Part shown: positions 41,811 through 51,233 of the stretch, piece after piece
Layout: each line of letters begins with the position of its first letter
How positions within the stretch are numbered: position 1 is the first letter of the stretch
Assembly (NCBI GenBank): GCA_963676795.2
Contig: CAXXTB010000002.1
Coordinates: 1,728,001 to 1,792,000, forward strand
DNA from: Geopsychrobacteraceae bacterium
GTDB taxonomy: Bacteria; Desulfobacterota; Desulfuromonadia; Desulfuromonadales; Geopsychrobacteraceae
Direction: 5' to 3'
Length of the DNA stretch: 64,000 nt
The notes under the pieces: generated by a model
Seen by the model: only the letters and a program-made list of their open reading frames with translations
The model's database searches: none
Told to the model about the DNA's origin: nothing
Translations under genes and position numbers: made by a program

Positions 41811-42048
41811 CCTGGTTTGCCTGACCATCAGGTTGCTGCTACAACACCCGCCCCTGGAAAATGGACAATCAGTGTCTGTTTCTGCCATAGCGAAGAGCAG
41901 AGAAATAAAAACTGGAAATTTTACCCGATCTCAATACAATAGACAGATCTGCCGCTATCAGGCTGTTGAAATTCTATCTGCATTGCACTTGCTGCCGCGA
42001 CAGTGTTTTCAGCACCCTGCTATTTTCATTTCAAAGGAAGGGAAGTTT

Positions 42049-42168
42049 ATGGATCTTGAACATGTCATGATGTACGTGGGGATCGCAATTTTCATCGTCT
42101 TTATGGGATTTATCTGGAGAGGACCGAAATCTCTCAGAGATGCAAAAAAAGCCGAAAAAGCTGAATAG
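42049..42168 (+). CDS. Small single-TM membrane protein, 39 aa
   Basis: AAGGAAGGGAAG RBS; MDLEHVMMYVGIAIFIVFMGFIWRGPKSLRDAKKAEKAE; downstream hairpin at 42179-42218. Confidence 0.55.
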   Translation: MDLEHVMMYVGIAIFIVFMGFIWRGPKSLRDAKKAEKAE

Positions 42169-42235
42169 ATAAACGTCAAGGTCAGGGTGACGTGGTTATC
42201 GTCGCTTCACCCTGACCTATTAAGCCATTTATATT

Positions 42236-42577
42236 CTAGTTGAATTGAACATCAAGCGGAGCCCGCCTCGATCCTGCGGAAGGTCCATAGTTCGCTTCCA
42301 GATAATCGAGGATGGTATTCTCCAACTGAGGCTCCAGATCCCAGAGCCCCTGCTTGCTCTGCATCCAGCGGATCATCTCCAGCCAACCATCACGATCGGC
42401 CTTGTTCTGCGTGATCAGCATCGCTGAATGACAGACGGTACAGGTTTGTTTGACCTCGTCAAAGCCGGGGGCGATAGTCAACCCGGTCTCCTTGTCAACC
42501 TCAGCCCCGACAGCAAAACTGACCAGCCCCATCAGAAGGATCAAGGCTATCAAAAGTCCCAAGGGTCCTCTTCGCAT
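42236..42577 (-). CDS. Monoheme cytochrome c, SorB-like partner of the sulfite dehydrogenase
   Basis: Signal peptide, CTVCH, W...IRWMQ..QGLW; AGGAGG RBS. Confidence 0.8.
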   Translation of the reverse strand: MRRGPLGLLIALILLMGLVSFAVGAEVDKETGLTIAPGFDEVKQTCTVCHSAMLITQNKADRDGWLEMIRWMQSKQGLWDLEPQLENTILDYLEANYGPSAGSRRAPLDVQFN

Positions 42578-42591
42578 ATCTCCTCCTTGTG

Positions 42592-43884
42592 TTATAGAGC
42601 TTTCACAGCGATCCGGTGACAGGCGTTGTTCAGGTAACCCCGCGGATTCCAACCCGGAACGACCATCGGCTGCATCGTCCCTGTTTCATCTGTTGCCCTG
42701 GCCCAGATTTCATAGTAACCCGCCTGCGGGAAGCGGGCCCTGGCCGACCAGTCCTGCCAGGCCAGACGGTTACGTGGTGCTTTTAACGAACAGGATTGCC
42801 AGGTTGCACCGAAGTCGATAGAGATTTCCATCGTTTTGACTGCCAGATCGCCAGCCCAGGCATGGCCGCGCACTTCGATATCCTGTCCCATCGGTGCAAG
42901 GCTGCCAGAGCGCGGGAAGGTAATGATCGATTTGACCGGCATCGATTCGATAATCTTCATATCGGATTCCGGCACCTTGGTTCCGGGAGCGACCGGATAA
43001 GCAGGAACACGGTAGGACATACCGGTCATTTTGGGGCCGTCATGCTCGACATTGCGGATAACGATGCGATTCAGCCACTTGCCACTGGTTGAAGCCGGCC
43101 AGCCTCCGGTAATCAGGCGCAGCGGATAGCCATGCAGAACCGGGATATCTTCGCCGTTCATCGCCCAGGCGATGAGCGATTCATGTTCCATGGCTTTAGC
43201 GATAGGAACACCGCGGGAAATGACGACCTTTTTCGGATCGCCGCTGAGGTGGATATCTGCGCCGTAATAACCGATATAGACCGCGTCTTTTTTAACCCCG
43301 ACATATTCAAGCACGTCGCGCAGCCGCACACCTGTCCATTCAGCACAGGAAATAGCGCCCACCTTCCACTGGTTCCCCGTGGCGGGTGGATTGAATTCCG
43401 AGCGGCCATTGCCACCGCACTCCAGTTGAATCTGATAGGTGAAGGTCTCGAAGCGCGTTTTCAACTCATCGATGGTAAAGGTCACCGAACGTTGTGCGGA
43501 TTCCCCCTCAATAGTCAGGGTCCAGTTTTTGGCATCCAACATGGTCGGTACCAGCCCGTTGTTACGGACAAACATCTTTTCATAGGGGGTGATACTCTCG
43601 TCGAGAAAATGAGGCGGCGGTTCCGCATTGAGAGGTTTGTCGTTCAGGACAATCATTTCAGGGATCTTCCCTTCGATTTTCGGCATCTCTGCAGCATTGG
43701 CCTCGCCAACGAGCTGCATCCCCTCAGGAAGGAACTTGCTGAAAGGAATCTGCAGCCCTACAGCTGCGGCCATGGCCGTAACGCTGGTTGTTCGAATGAA
43801 TGAACGTCTGCTTACACCTTGATTGTTTTCGGCTGGTTCAGAATGATCGGTCTGGGGATTCGTGGGATCTTGTTCTTTTTTCAT
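42592..43884 (-). CDS. Sulfite oxidase-family molybdoenzyme (SorA-like), Tat-exported
   Basis: SRRSFI, FVRNN, LECGGNGR (Mo-ligand Cys), HGYPLRL, GY.NN. Confidence 0.9.
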   Translation of the reverse strand: MKKEQDPTNPQTDHSEPAENNQGVSRRSFIRTTSVTAMAAAVGLQIPFSKFLPEGMQLVGEANAAEMPKIEGKIPEMIVLNDKPLNAEPPPHFLDESITPYEKMFVRNNGLVPTMLDAKNWTLTIEGESAQRSVTFTIDELKTRFETFTYQIQLECGGNGRSEFNPPATGNQWKVGAISCAEWTGVRLRDVLEYVGVKKDAVYIGYYGADIHLSGDPKKVVISRGVPIAKAMEHESLIAWAMNGEDIPVLHGYPLRLITGGWPASTSGKWLNRIVIRNVEHDGPKMTGMSYRVPAYPVAPGTKVPESDMKIIESMPVKSIITFPRSGSLAPMGQDIEVRGHAWAGDLAVKTMEISIDFGATWQSCSLKAPRNRLAWQDWSARARFPQAGYYEIWARATDETGTMQPMVVPGWNPRGYLNNACHRIAVKAL

Positions 43885-44058
43885 AACTCTTCTCCCTGTC
43901 CAGAAGGAAATTTCCTAACTTTTCAAATTATAACCGTAATTCAAACGGATGCAGCTGGAGGAGAGATATTTCTACCTTTTTGGTCTGGATTACTTCAGTA
44001 GCTGGTTGTTACCTCATAGATACCAGCAAAATAAGACAGGCGAGAGAAAACTTAAAGG

Positions 44059-44934
44059 TCAACAACTTCCATATGTTTCAACGATATACTGGTGCAGCAT
44101 CTGCACGGCGGGACCCATAGTTCTGGCATTGAGAACCGACAGACCGATCGTCCTGTATTCGCAGGGCTCGATAGCACAGATCTCAACCGGATACTGGGCT
44201 CCCTTCATCACCAGTTCAGGCATGATGCAGACCCCCATGCCACCGGCGACCATGGCGATAGTCGACAGATCGTCGACAACATGACAATTGGAATAGACCT
44301 CAATCTGATATTTGGTCATGAAGTTCTGGATGTCTGCGTCACAACTTTCCCGCTGGGAAACAAAGGAATAGCTCTGCAGCTCTTCCAGCGAGACAACCTC
44401 GAGCTGCCGGTCGCCACGAAAACCTTTGGGACCGACGCATACCAGCGGATCGCGATAGAGAGAAACCATGGACAACCCGGCACTGCTCGATGCCGACAGA
44501 AAACCGAGATCGACAACACCGTTTTTCAGCCAGCCGGCAACATCATCATAGGTGCCCTGAAATACCTCGATATCAATCTGCGGAAATCTGGACTTGAAGC
44601 CATGGACGATATCGGGAACCCAGTTGACACAGACGCTGGAGAAACAACCCAGCTTGACCGTACCGCGGCTCAAACCATTGTACTCGGCAATCACCTGCTG
44701 GAGCTGCTCTTCGCTGTTGAGAACTGAATTGATATAGGGGAGCAGTTGCTCACCGAAGCTGGTCAGCGAAACACCGCTCTTGTTGCGGATCAGCAACCGT
44801 GAGCCGAGCTCCTTCTCCATCGAGGAGATGGCATGACTGACAGCGGAGGGAGTGAGGTTGAGCAGTTTAGCTGCCGACTGGTAGCTGCCCTGCTCAACCA
44901 CGGTCTTGAAAACCTGATAGGCCAGTAATGTCAT
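44059..44934 (-). CDS. LysR family regulator
   Basis: GSYQSAAKLLNLTPSAVSHAISSMEKELG HTH. Confidence 0.92.
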   Translation of the reverse strand: MTLLAYQVFKTVVEQGSYQSAAKLLNLTPSAVSHAISSMEKELGSRLLIRNKSGVSLTSFGEQLLPYINSVLNSEEQLQQVIAEYNGLSRGTVKLGCFSSVCVNWVPDIVHGFKSRFPQIDIEVFQGTYDDVAGWLKNGVVDLGFLSASSSAGLSMVSLYRDPLVCVGPKGFRGDRQLEVVSLEELQSYSFVSQRESCDADIQNFMTKYQIEVYSNCHVVDDLSTIAMVAGGMGVCIMPELVMKGAQYPVEICAIEPCEYRTIGLSVLNARTMGPAVQMLHQYIVETYGSC

Positions 44935-44956
44935 CCTTGCCTGCCTGGCCATCGAA

Positions 44957-45895
44957 TCAGCTACGCGAACACTTGAAGAGCAGATCGTCCCAGCGGCGAT
45001 CGACCTCGGCCTGAAACTGGGCGAGCAACTCCTCATTCCCTTTTTTAAAGAGGTGCTTAAAGCGTCCCTGGGGCTTGAGAAAATCTTCAACAGGCCGTTT
45101 ATTCTTCGGCTCGTAGCTCAAGCGCCAACGCCCTTCTTCGACCTCAAAGAGCGGCCAATAGCAGGTTTCCACCGCAAGTTTGCAGATTTCCATGATCTGT
45201 GCCGTATCGTAGCGCCAGCCGCGCGGACAGGGAGTCAAAACATTGAGAAATGCCGCACCAGGTGTGTAGATCGCCTTTTCCGACTTCTGATGGATATCCT
45301 TGAAGTTGCCCATCGGAATGGTCTGGGCCACATACGGGACATTGTGATCGGCAATGATGGCCGAAAGATCCTTGCGGTTCTGCGGCTTGCCCGCGGAGAG
45401 GTTGCCGACCGGGGTGGTCGTCGTGTCGGTGTAGGCCGGGGTTGCCGAAGAACGCTGAACACCGGTATTCATGTAAGCGCCGTTGTCATAACAGACGTAG
45501 ACCATGTCATGATTGCGCTCCATCGCGCCGGAGAGCGACTGAAAGCCGATATCGTAGGTTCCGCCGTCGCCGCCGAAGGTGATGAACTTGAAGTTCTCCT
45601 TGACCTTGCCGCGCTTGTGCAGCGCCTTGTAGGCCGCTTCGACACCGCTTAAGGTCGCCCCGGCATTTTCAAAGGCGTTATGAACGTAGCTGTCGTTCCA
45701 GGCGGTGTAAGGATACATGAAGGTCGAAACCTCGAGACAGCCGGTCGCGTTGCCGATGACAGCCCGGTCATCCGGATTCATCGCCCGCAGCACCGCGCGT
45801 ACGGCGATGGTCGCCCCGCAACCGGCGCACATGCGGTGCCCGGGATTGAGGCGTTCGGGGCGGGACATGATTTCTTTATAGTTATATGCACTCAT
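44957..45895 (-). CDS. porB: Pyruvate/2-oxoacid:ferredoxin oxidoreductase beta subunit
   Basis: CAGCG, GGDGG, YDN.AYMNTG.Q, PCP. Confidence 0.9.
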   Translation of the reverse strand: MSAYNYKEIMSRPERLNPGHRMCAGCGATIAVRAVLRAMNPDDRAVIGNATGCLEVSTFMYPYTAWNDSYVHNAFENAGATLSGVEAAYKALHKRGKVKENFKFITFGGDGGTYDIGFQSLSGAMERNHDMVYVCYDNGAYMNTGVQRSSATPAYTDTTTTPVGNLSAGKPQNRKDLSAIIADHNVPYVAQTIPMGNFKDIHQKSEKAIYTPGAAFLNVLTPCPRGWRYDTAQIMEICKLAVETCYWPLFEVEEGRWRLSYEPKNKRPVEDFLKPQGRFKHLFKKGNEELLAQFQAEVDRRWDDLLFKCSRS

Positions 45896-45902
45896 AAATC
45901 GT

Positions 45903-47084
45903 CTATTTTCTCAAACCGATGTACTGATAATCGGGAATCTGCTGACCTTCGACAACCAGGCTTTCCAGTTCGGCAAAGATCTGTTGCGCCAGATCGGTGG
46001 TAAAGTCACGTCCGGCCAGGCCATAAATGTAATTGCGCGACTCAATAAACGCCTTGTACTTGAACAGCGCCGCGTTGACCTCCATCCCCAAGGGACCGCC
46101 ACCGCCGCGGTAACTTTCGGCACGATCCATGATTGCCACCGCCTTGACATGGCGCAGCGCCTCGGCGATCTCCCGTTCAGGAAAAGGACGGTAAACACGC
46201 AGTTTGAGCAGGCCGACCATCATACCCTGCTCACGCAGCTCATCGATGGCATCCTTGGCGGTTCCTGCGGCCGAGCCGATCATCAGCATGGCGTACTCGG
46301 CATCCTCCAGCCGATATTCCTCGAAATAAGCGTAGGAGCGGCCTGCAACCTTGGCAAAATCAGCGGCCACATCGAGAATCACCTGGCGGGAGCGTTCCAT
46401 CGCCTCTTCCTGGTTCTTTCTTGCCTCCATGCCGTAATCGGAGATCGCGTAGGGACCGACAGCGAGCGGCCGGGCAGCATTGAGCAGGTATTCCGCAGGC
46501 GCGTAGTCACCGACAAACGCCTTGACCAGATCGTCCTCGAGCAGCTCGATATTTTCAACCGCATGACTGGTAATGAAGCCGTCCTGACAGATCATGATCG
46601 GCAGGCGCACATCCTGATGCTCGGCGATTCGGTAAGCCTGAACGAAATTGTCGTAGGCCTCCTGGTTATTTTCCGCGTAGATCTGAATCCAGCCGGAATC
46701 GCGTGCCCCCATACTGTCAGTGTGATCGCAGTTGATATTGATCGGCCCGGAGAGGGTCCTGTTGACCAGCGCCAGGGCGATCGGCAGCCGGTTCGAAGCT
46801 GCGATATAGAGCTCCTCCCACATCAGTGCCAAGCCGCAGGACGAGGTTGCAGTCAGGGTTCTGGCCCCGGCAGCGGAAGCACCGACAGCGGCGCTCATCG
46901 AGGAATGTTCGCTCTCGACCGGAATAAATTCGGTATCGATCTCGCCATTGGCGATATAGGTTGCGACGTACTCGGGGATTTCTGTTGATGGGGTAATCGG
47001 AAAAGCCGGCAGAACATCGGGGTTGATCTGCTTGATAGCATGTGCCACGGCTTCGTTTCCGGACATGCGTTCACGTATTGCCAT
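45903..47084 (-). CDS. porA: Pyruvate/2-oxoacid:ferredoxin oxidoreductase alpha subunit
   Basis: FPITPST, VESEHS, RPFP. Confidence 0.9.
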   Translation of the reverse strand: MAIRERMSGNEAVAHAIKQINPDVLPAFPITPSTEIPEYVATYIANGEIDTEFIPVESEHSSMSAAVGASAAGARTLTATSSCGLALMWEELYIAASNRLPIALALVNRTLSGPININCDHTDSMGARDSGWIQIYAENNQEAYDNFVQAYRIAEHQDVRLPIMICQDGFITSHAVENIELLEDDLVKAFVGDYAPAEYLLNAARPLAVGPYAISDYGMEARKNQEEAMERSRQVILDVAADFAKVAGRSYAYFEEYRLEDAEYAMLMIGSAAGTAKDAIDELREQGMMVGLLKLRVYRPFPEREIAEALRHVKAVAIMDRAESYRGGGGPLGMEVNAALFKYKAFIESRNYIYGLAGRDFTTDLAQQIFAELESLVVEGQQIPDYQYIGLRK

Positions 47085-47088
47085 GGTC

Positions 47089-47391
47089 TTAAAACCCTTC
47101 TTTCATCTCAATCGCACTGAAGGGACAGACATTGGCGCAGATTCCGCACCCCTTGCAGTAATCCAGCTCAAACTCTTGGCGTTTCCCCTCAACAACAGGG
47201 ATACAGCTATCTGGACAGGTTGGCGTACAGAGCAGGCATTGCTTGCAGTTTTCGACAATAAACAGCGGTGTCGAGGTGCGCCATTCACCGGTATGAAACT
47301 GACGGGAGGTTCCGCCGCCGACAACGGTCAGGGCCTCGGTCAGCTGATGGTACGGCGTAGCGGGGTTGATCTTACTGATATCGGTACTCAC
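47089..47391 (-). CDS. porD: POR delta subunit (2x[4Fe-4S] ferredoxin)
   Basis: TGEWR, CKQCLLC..TCP, CKGCGICANVCP; GTG start. Confidence 0.88.
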   Translation of the reverse strand: MSTDISKINPATPYHQLTEALTVVGGGTSRQFHTGEWRTSTPLFIVENCKQCLLCTPTCPDSCIPVVEGKRQEFELDYCKGCGICANVCPFSAIEMKEGF

Positions 47392-47392
47392 C

Positions 47393-47986
47393 TTAAGCGA
47401 CCTCCAGGACGCGCGGCGCGACCTCATCAAAGGTCATCATCAGTGCGTTCATGTTGCCTTCGACAACCTCGGGCTTGGTCGCAAACTTGTGGCGGTAAGA
47501 GGTTTCCATCTCATCGAGAAACTGATCGCGGTTCATGATGCCACTGACGGCAACTGCTGCTGCGAGCATCGGTGAGTTGGGAAAATACCTGCCGAGGGTT
47601 GCCAGCGAGATGCGCCGGGCATCGACGCTATAGATGGCCCCCTGATACCCCTTGAGCAGGGGAACGATTGCGTCCAGTGGTCTCGCCGTATTGATGATGA
47701 TGGCTCCGTCCGCACTCAACCCGGCCGTCACATCAACCGACTCGAGCAGCGTCTCATCGACCACGACAACAAAATCCGGATGATAGATATGCGAATGAAC
47801 ACGAATTGCACGACTACTGATCCGGTTAAAAGCTGTGATCGGGGCACCCATCCGCTCAGGGCCATATTCAGGAAATCCCTGAACAAACTTGCCTGTCTTG
47901 AACGCCACATCGGCCAGCAGCAGAGCAGCTGTTTTAGCCCCCTGCCCGCCACGACCGTGCCAGCGAATTTCAATGGTCTTGTTCAA
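47393..47986 (-). CDS. porG: POR gamma subunit
   Basis: EIRWHGRGGQG, YGPERMGAP. Confidence 0.9.
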   Translation of the reverse strand: MNKTIEIRWHGRGGQGAKTAALLLADVAFKTGKFVQGFPEYGPERMGAPITAFNRISSRAIRVHSHIYHPDFVVVVDETLLESVDVTAGLSADGAIIINTARPLDAIVPLLKGYQGAIYSVDARRISLATLGRYFPNSPMLAAAVAVSGIMNRDQFLDEMETSYRHKFATKPEVVEGNMNALMMTFDEVAPRVLEVA

Positions 47987-48053
47987 AGCGGAAACTCCTT
48001 TATGATATTTTTTACCGGATAGTATCGTATGACCTGTTCAAAGTAAACGTTTT

Positions 48054-48092
48054 GATGAGGCAATTTCATTTTTTAAATGAAATTATTTCATC
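48054..48092. promoter_or_regulatory. 39-bp imperfect palindrome upstream of porG, likely a LysR binding region
   Basis: GATGAggcAATTTCATTTtttAAATGAAATTattTCATC, containing T-N11-A boxes. Confidence 0.55.
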
Positions 48093-48178
48093 GATATCCG
48101 GCAATCTTTTAAGTCACAAATAAAAAAAAGGACAGGCAGTGCCCGTCCTCTTTTAAAGACTCGGAATTTCAAACAGGT

Positions 48179-49966
48179 TCAGCCGGTTACTGCCACCACC
48201 TCTTCAAAGGTCGTCTCACCAAGCAGCATCTTGCGGATTGCCGATTCGCGCAGCGTTGTCATCCCGCCTTCCCGAGCGATGGCACCAAGCAGCGCCAGAT
48301 CCGACTCCGCATTGATCGCCGCCTTGATCCGGCTGTTGACATCCAGAATCTCAAAGATCCCGATCCGCCCTTTGTAACCGGTCCCGCGACAGGAGCTGCA
48401 CCCCGCCCCCTCCCAGACGATGACATCCTCCTCACCGAAACCGAGATGTTTGCGTTCCGCCTCGTTGAGCAGTCTCTCCTGTTTGCATTCACGACAGATG
48501 GTTCGGATCAGACGCTGGGCATTGATGCCGATCAGTGTCGACGAGAGCAGGAAATAAGGCACCCCGAGCTCGAGCAGGCGGATGATCGATGACGGCGCAT
48601 CGTTAGTGTGCAGGGTCGACAGCACCAGGTGCCCGGTCAGCGCCGCCTGAACAGCATTGTCGGCGGTCTCCTTGTCACGGATCTCACCGATCATGATGAT
48701 GTCCGGATCCTGACGCAGGATGTTGCGCAGCACCGTGGAAAAGGTGACATCGATAGCGGTCTGCACCCCGACCTGATTGAACTCCTCTAGAACCATCTCG
48801 ATCGGATCTTCGACCGTGACAATATTCACCTCCGGCGACGCTAGCGCGCGCAACGACGAATAGAGGGTTGTGGTTTTACCGCTCCCGGTCGGTCCGGTGA
48901 CCAGGATGATGCCGTTCGGCTGGTGAATGAACGAATTGAACAGCTGGTACTCTCGCGGCTCGAAACCGAGGTTCTCCAGATCCTGCATGAGGATATCAGG
49001 GTCGAAAATCCGGATGACCACCTTCTCACCAAAGGCGACCGGCAGGGTTGAAACCCGCAGCTCGATCTCCTTGTTCTTGTGGCTGGTCTTGATCCGGCCG
49101 TCCTGCGGGCGGCGCTTTTCCGACAGATCGAGTCGCGCCAGCAGCTTAATCCGCGAAACGATGGCCGGATGCAGCTTTTTGGGAACGTTATGGATGTTGT
49201 GCAGAACCCCGTCAACGCGCAGCCGGATCATCGACCTGTCCCGTTTAGGCTCGATATGGATATCGCTGGCGCGCTGGTCGAAGGCATACTGCAAGAGAAA
49301 ATCGACGGCTGCAATAACGTGTTTGTCGGTGCCGTTCTCCTCCAGGTGCGGGGTATGCATCTGGAAGTGCATTTCGAGGTTGGAGATGTCGGTCCCCTGA
49401 ATCGTTTCAGATTCAGCCGCCACGACGGATGCTCTGAAGCCGAAGAATTCCCCCAGAACCTTGAGGATATCAGAACGGGAAGACAGCACCCGTTCCACAT
49501 TGATCCTGAGTGTTCTCTGCAGCTCGTCTATCGCATAGCTGTCAAACGGATCTGCAACCGCGATAATCAGCGCTCCGTCGAGAAGATCCACAGGCACCAG
49601 CATATTCTTCAGGGCAAATGCCCGTGAAACATGGCTGGTAACAATCTCCAGATCCAGCTTCAAAGGGTCGATTTTCAGATAGCGCATACCAACGGCACGG
49701 GCGATGATCTCGGTAATCCGGTCCTCGCTGAGCAGTTTACGGCTGTCGGGGATTTCCAGATTGAAAGAACTGATGACCTCGGCCGGGGACAGGCTCTCGG
49801 CATGGAGTCCCTGCCCTTTGCTGCGCCCGCCCGACTGCTTGTGCAACCGTTCATACTGCCGCTCCCCCTGGTGCAGGACCATCTCCAACTGTTCTTCACT
49901 GAGGAGGTTGCGCCGTTTTAAGAGCTGTGCGACAGAAGCAATGGTCAGTTTTTTTTGTGGCTGCAT
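48179..49966 (-). CDS. GspE/PilB-family secretion ATPase
   Basis: ASDIHIEP, PQDGR, GPTGSGKTT, LRQDPD..MIGEIRD, TLHTND, tetracysteine zinc motif. Confidence 0.93.
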   Translation of the reverse strand: MQPQKKLTIASVAQLLKRRNLLSEEQLEMVLHQGERQYERLHKQSGGRSKGQGLHAESLSPAEVISSFNLEIPDSRKLLSEDRITEIIARAVGMRYLKIDPLKLDLEIVTSHVSRAFALKNMLVPVDLLDGALIIAVADPFDSYAIDELQRTLRINVERVLSSRSDILKVLGEFFGFRASVVAAESETIQGTDISNLEMHFQMHTPHLEENGTDKHVIAAVDFLLQYAFDQRASDIHIEPKRDRSMIRLRVDGVLHNIHNVPKKLHPAIVSRIKLLARLDLSEKRRPQDGRIKTSHKNKEIELRVSTLPVAFGEKVVIRIFDPDILMQDLENLGFEPREYQLFNSFIHQPNGIILVTGPTGSGKTTTLYSSLRALASPEVNIVTVEDPIEMVLEEFNQVGVQTAIDVTFSTVLRNILRQDPDIIMIGEIRDKETADNAVQAALTGHLVLSTLHTNDAPSSIIRLLELGVPYFLLSSTLIGINAQRLIRTICRECKQERLLNEAERKHLGFGEEDVIVWEGAGCSSCRGTGYKGRIGIFEILDVNSRIKAAINAESDLALLGAIAREGGMTTLRESAIRKMLLGETTFEEVVAVTG

Positions 49967-50191
49967 AAATAACCTTATCCCGGGATAACTGTCATATCAG
50001 CCTGTTAGATTACTTGGCTTCGCCAATCTGTGCAAACAGAAGATAGTTAGATAAGTGTAAAGGCCAATAATCGTCGATTCAGCTAGATCGACCATGCGAC
50101 AGACTTTAAGGGGGGAGTGGGAAGAAACGGAAGCGTCCCAAGCGACGCTGAACAGGATACGGAGGGGTTCAGGCAGGCATGAACATGGCTT

Positions 50192-50371
50192 TCAATGGGA
50201 CAGTCGCCCCTTCTTCAATTCCGAAATAACGACATCAACAATACCGGGGATCTTCCTGTTGCCCAATTCCCAATCCTGATAAGTGCGATACGGAGTATTA
50301 AGTATCTTGGCCATCTGCTTGACATTAAAACCAGTGCTGATCCGGTAGGCTCTGAGTTCGGTATTTTTCAT
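50192..50371 (-). CDS. Small XRE/Cro-type HTH protein, 59 aa (absent from the ORF track)
   Basis: MKNTELRAYRISTGFNVKQMAKILNTPYRTYQDWELGNRKIPGIVDVVISELKKGRLSH; ATGA overlap with the upstream ORF. Confidence 0.75.
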   Translation of the reverse strand: MKNTELRAYRISTGFNVKQMAKILNTPYRTYQDWELGNRKIPGIVDVVISELKKGRLSH

Positions 50372-50526
50372 AATCCGGCTTTATTGGCTTTTTTCAGAGC
50401 CCTTTCAAGAGCTTGGAAGTTATAATCGTTATCGCACCAGATAAACTTGCTACTGGCCTCAAAAACGCTGCAGAGATTCTCGTAAACCCTGACATCAACT
50501 CTGACTGTTCTGGTGGTGTTTTTCAT
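50368..50526 (-). CDS. Hypothetical protein, 52 aa
   Basis: AGGGGGTG RBS; translationally coupled to the HTH gene. Confidence 0.55.
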   Translation of the reverse strand: MKNTTRTVRVDVRVYENLCSVFEASSKFIWCDNDYNFQALERALKKANKAGL

Positions 50527-50619
50527 AGCATCACCCCCTGTCTTTTTATTTTTAATTATATACGCTATGCGTGCACTTTCAAGCGAACAGGCAGGCTCTG
50601 TATTTTCAGAAATCACAAT

Positions 50620-50662
50620 AAATCAGAACGCCCCAGTCAGTTTGACTGGGGCGTTCTGATTT
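50620..50662. terminator. 20-bp perfect hairpin
   Basis: AAATCAGAACGCCCCAGTCA-GTT-TGACTGGGGCGTTCTGATTT. Confidence 0.7.
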
Positions 50663-50707
50663 GAAACTCGAGACTGTCTATCATTTCTTATTATTCAATA
50701 ATTCAGG

Positions 50708-50878
50708 TCATTTGCCAGCTGATTGGTTCGGGTTATGTTTTTTGCCAGTAATAACGTTTTCCCTATGATTTTTCGGTTGCGACTTCCCCCTGGTGATCGG
50801 ATAAGAGCACCCCGGACAAAGGTCATGATCATCGAGCACTGCCCGACCACATTCAGGGCATAAAACAATATAGTGCAT
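50708..50878 (-). CDS. Small zinc-ribbon protein, 56 aa
   Basis: CPECG...CPGC; AGGAGAGG RBS. Confidence 0.6.
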   Translation of the reverse strand: MHYIVLCPECGRAVLDDHDLCPGCSYPITRGKSQPKNHRENVITGKKHNPNQSAGK

Positions 50879-51233
50879 GATACCTCTCCTTGCTGTTTGA
50901 TGAGTCATGAGAAATTGCGCGACAGGACTTTCAGTATAACAGTTGAAGAGAGTTTTTCACTCAGGTCAGCATTTTTTGTGGCCTGTCCAGATGATGGCCA
51001 TCAGTCAAACTCCTGTTTTTTTTGATATATCCACATATAAATATCTCGCTTTTTTTTACGGGAACTGACAAGTCCAGGCTAAGCCGCCACGTACAGTTGT
51101 TTCCCCTCATGCTGCTGATATACTTTTTTTAGTCCCTTTGCAAATTTCCGGTCTTGAATTCTGCCCAGTGAGCAGGGGAACAAACGGCCCAACCGACATT
51201 GTGCACTGAACGCACATTATGGAGGTTTACGCT

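Noticed and set aside
45984..46988. Long antisense ORFs (also 54016-55017, 29818-30750, 51129-51992, 12031-12831, 5556-6296)
   Set aside because: They lie opposite well-supported genes and show no motifs; shadow ORFs from codon bias
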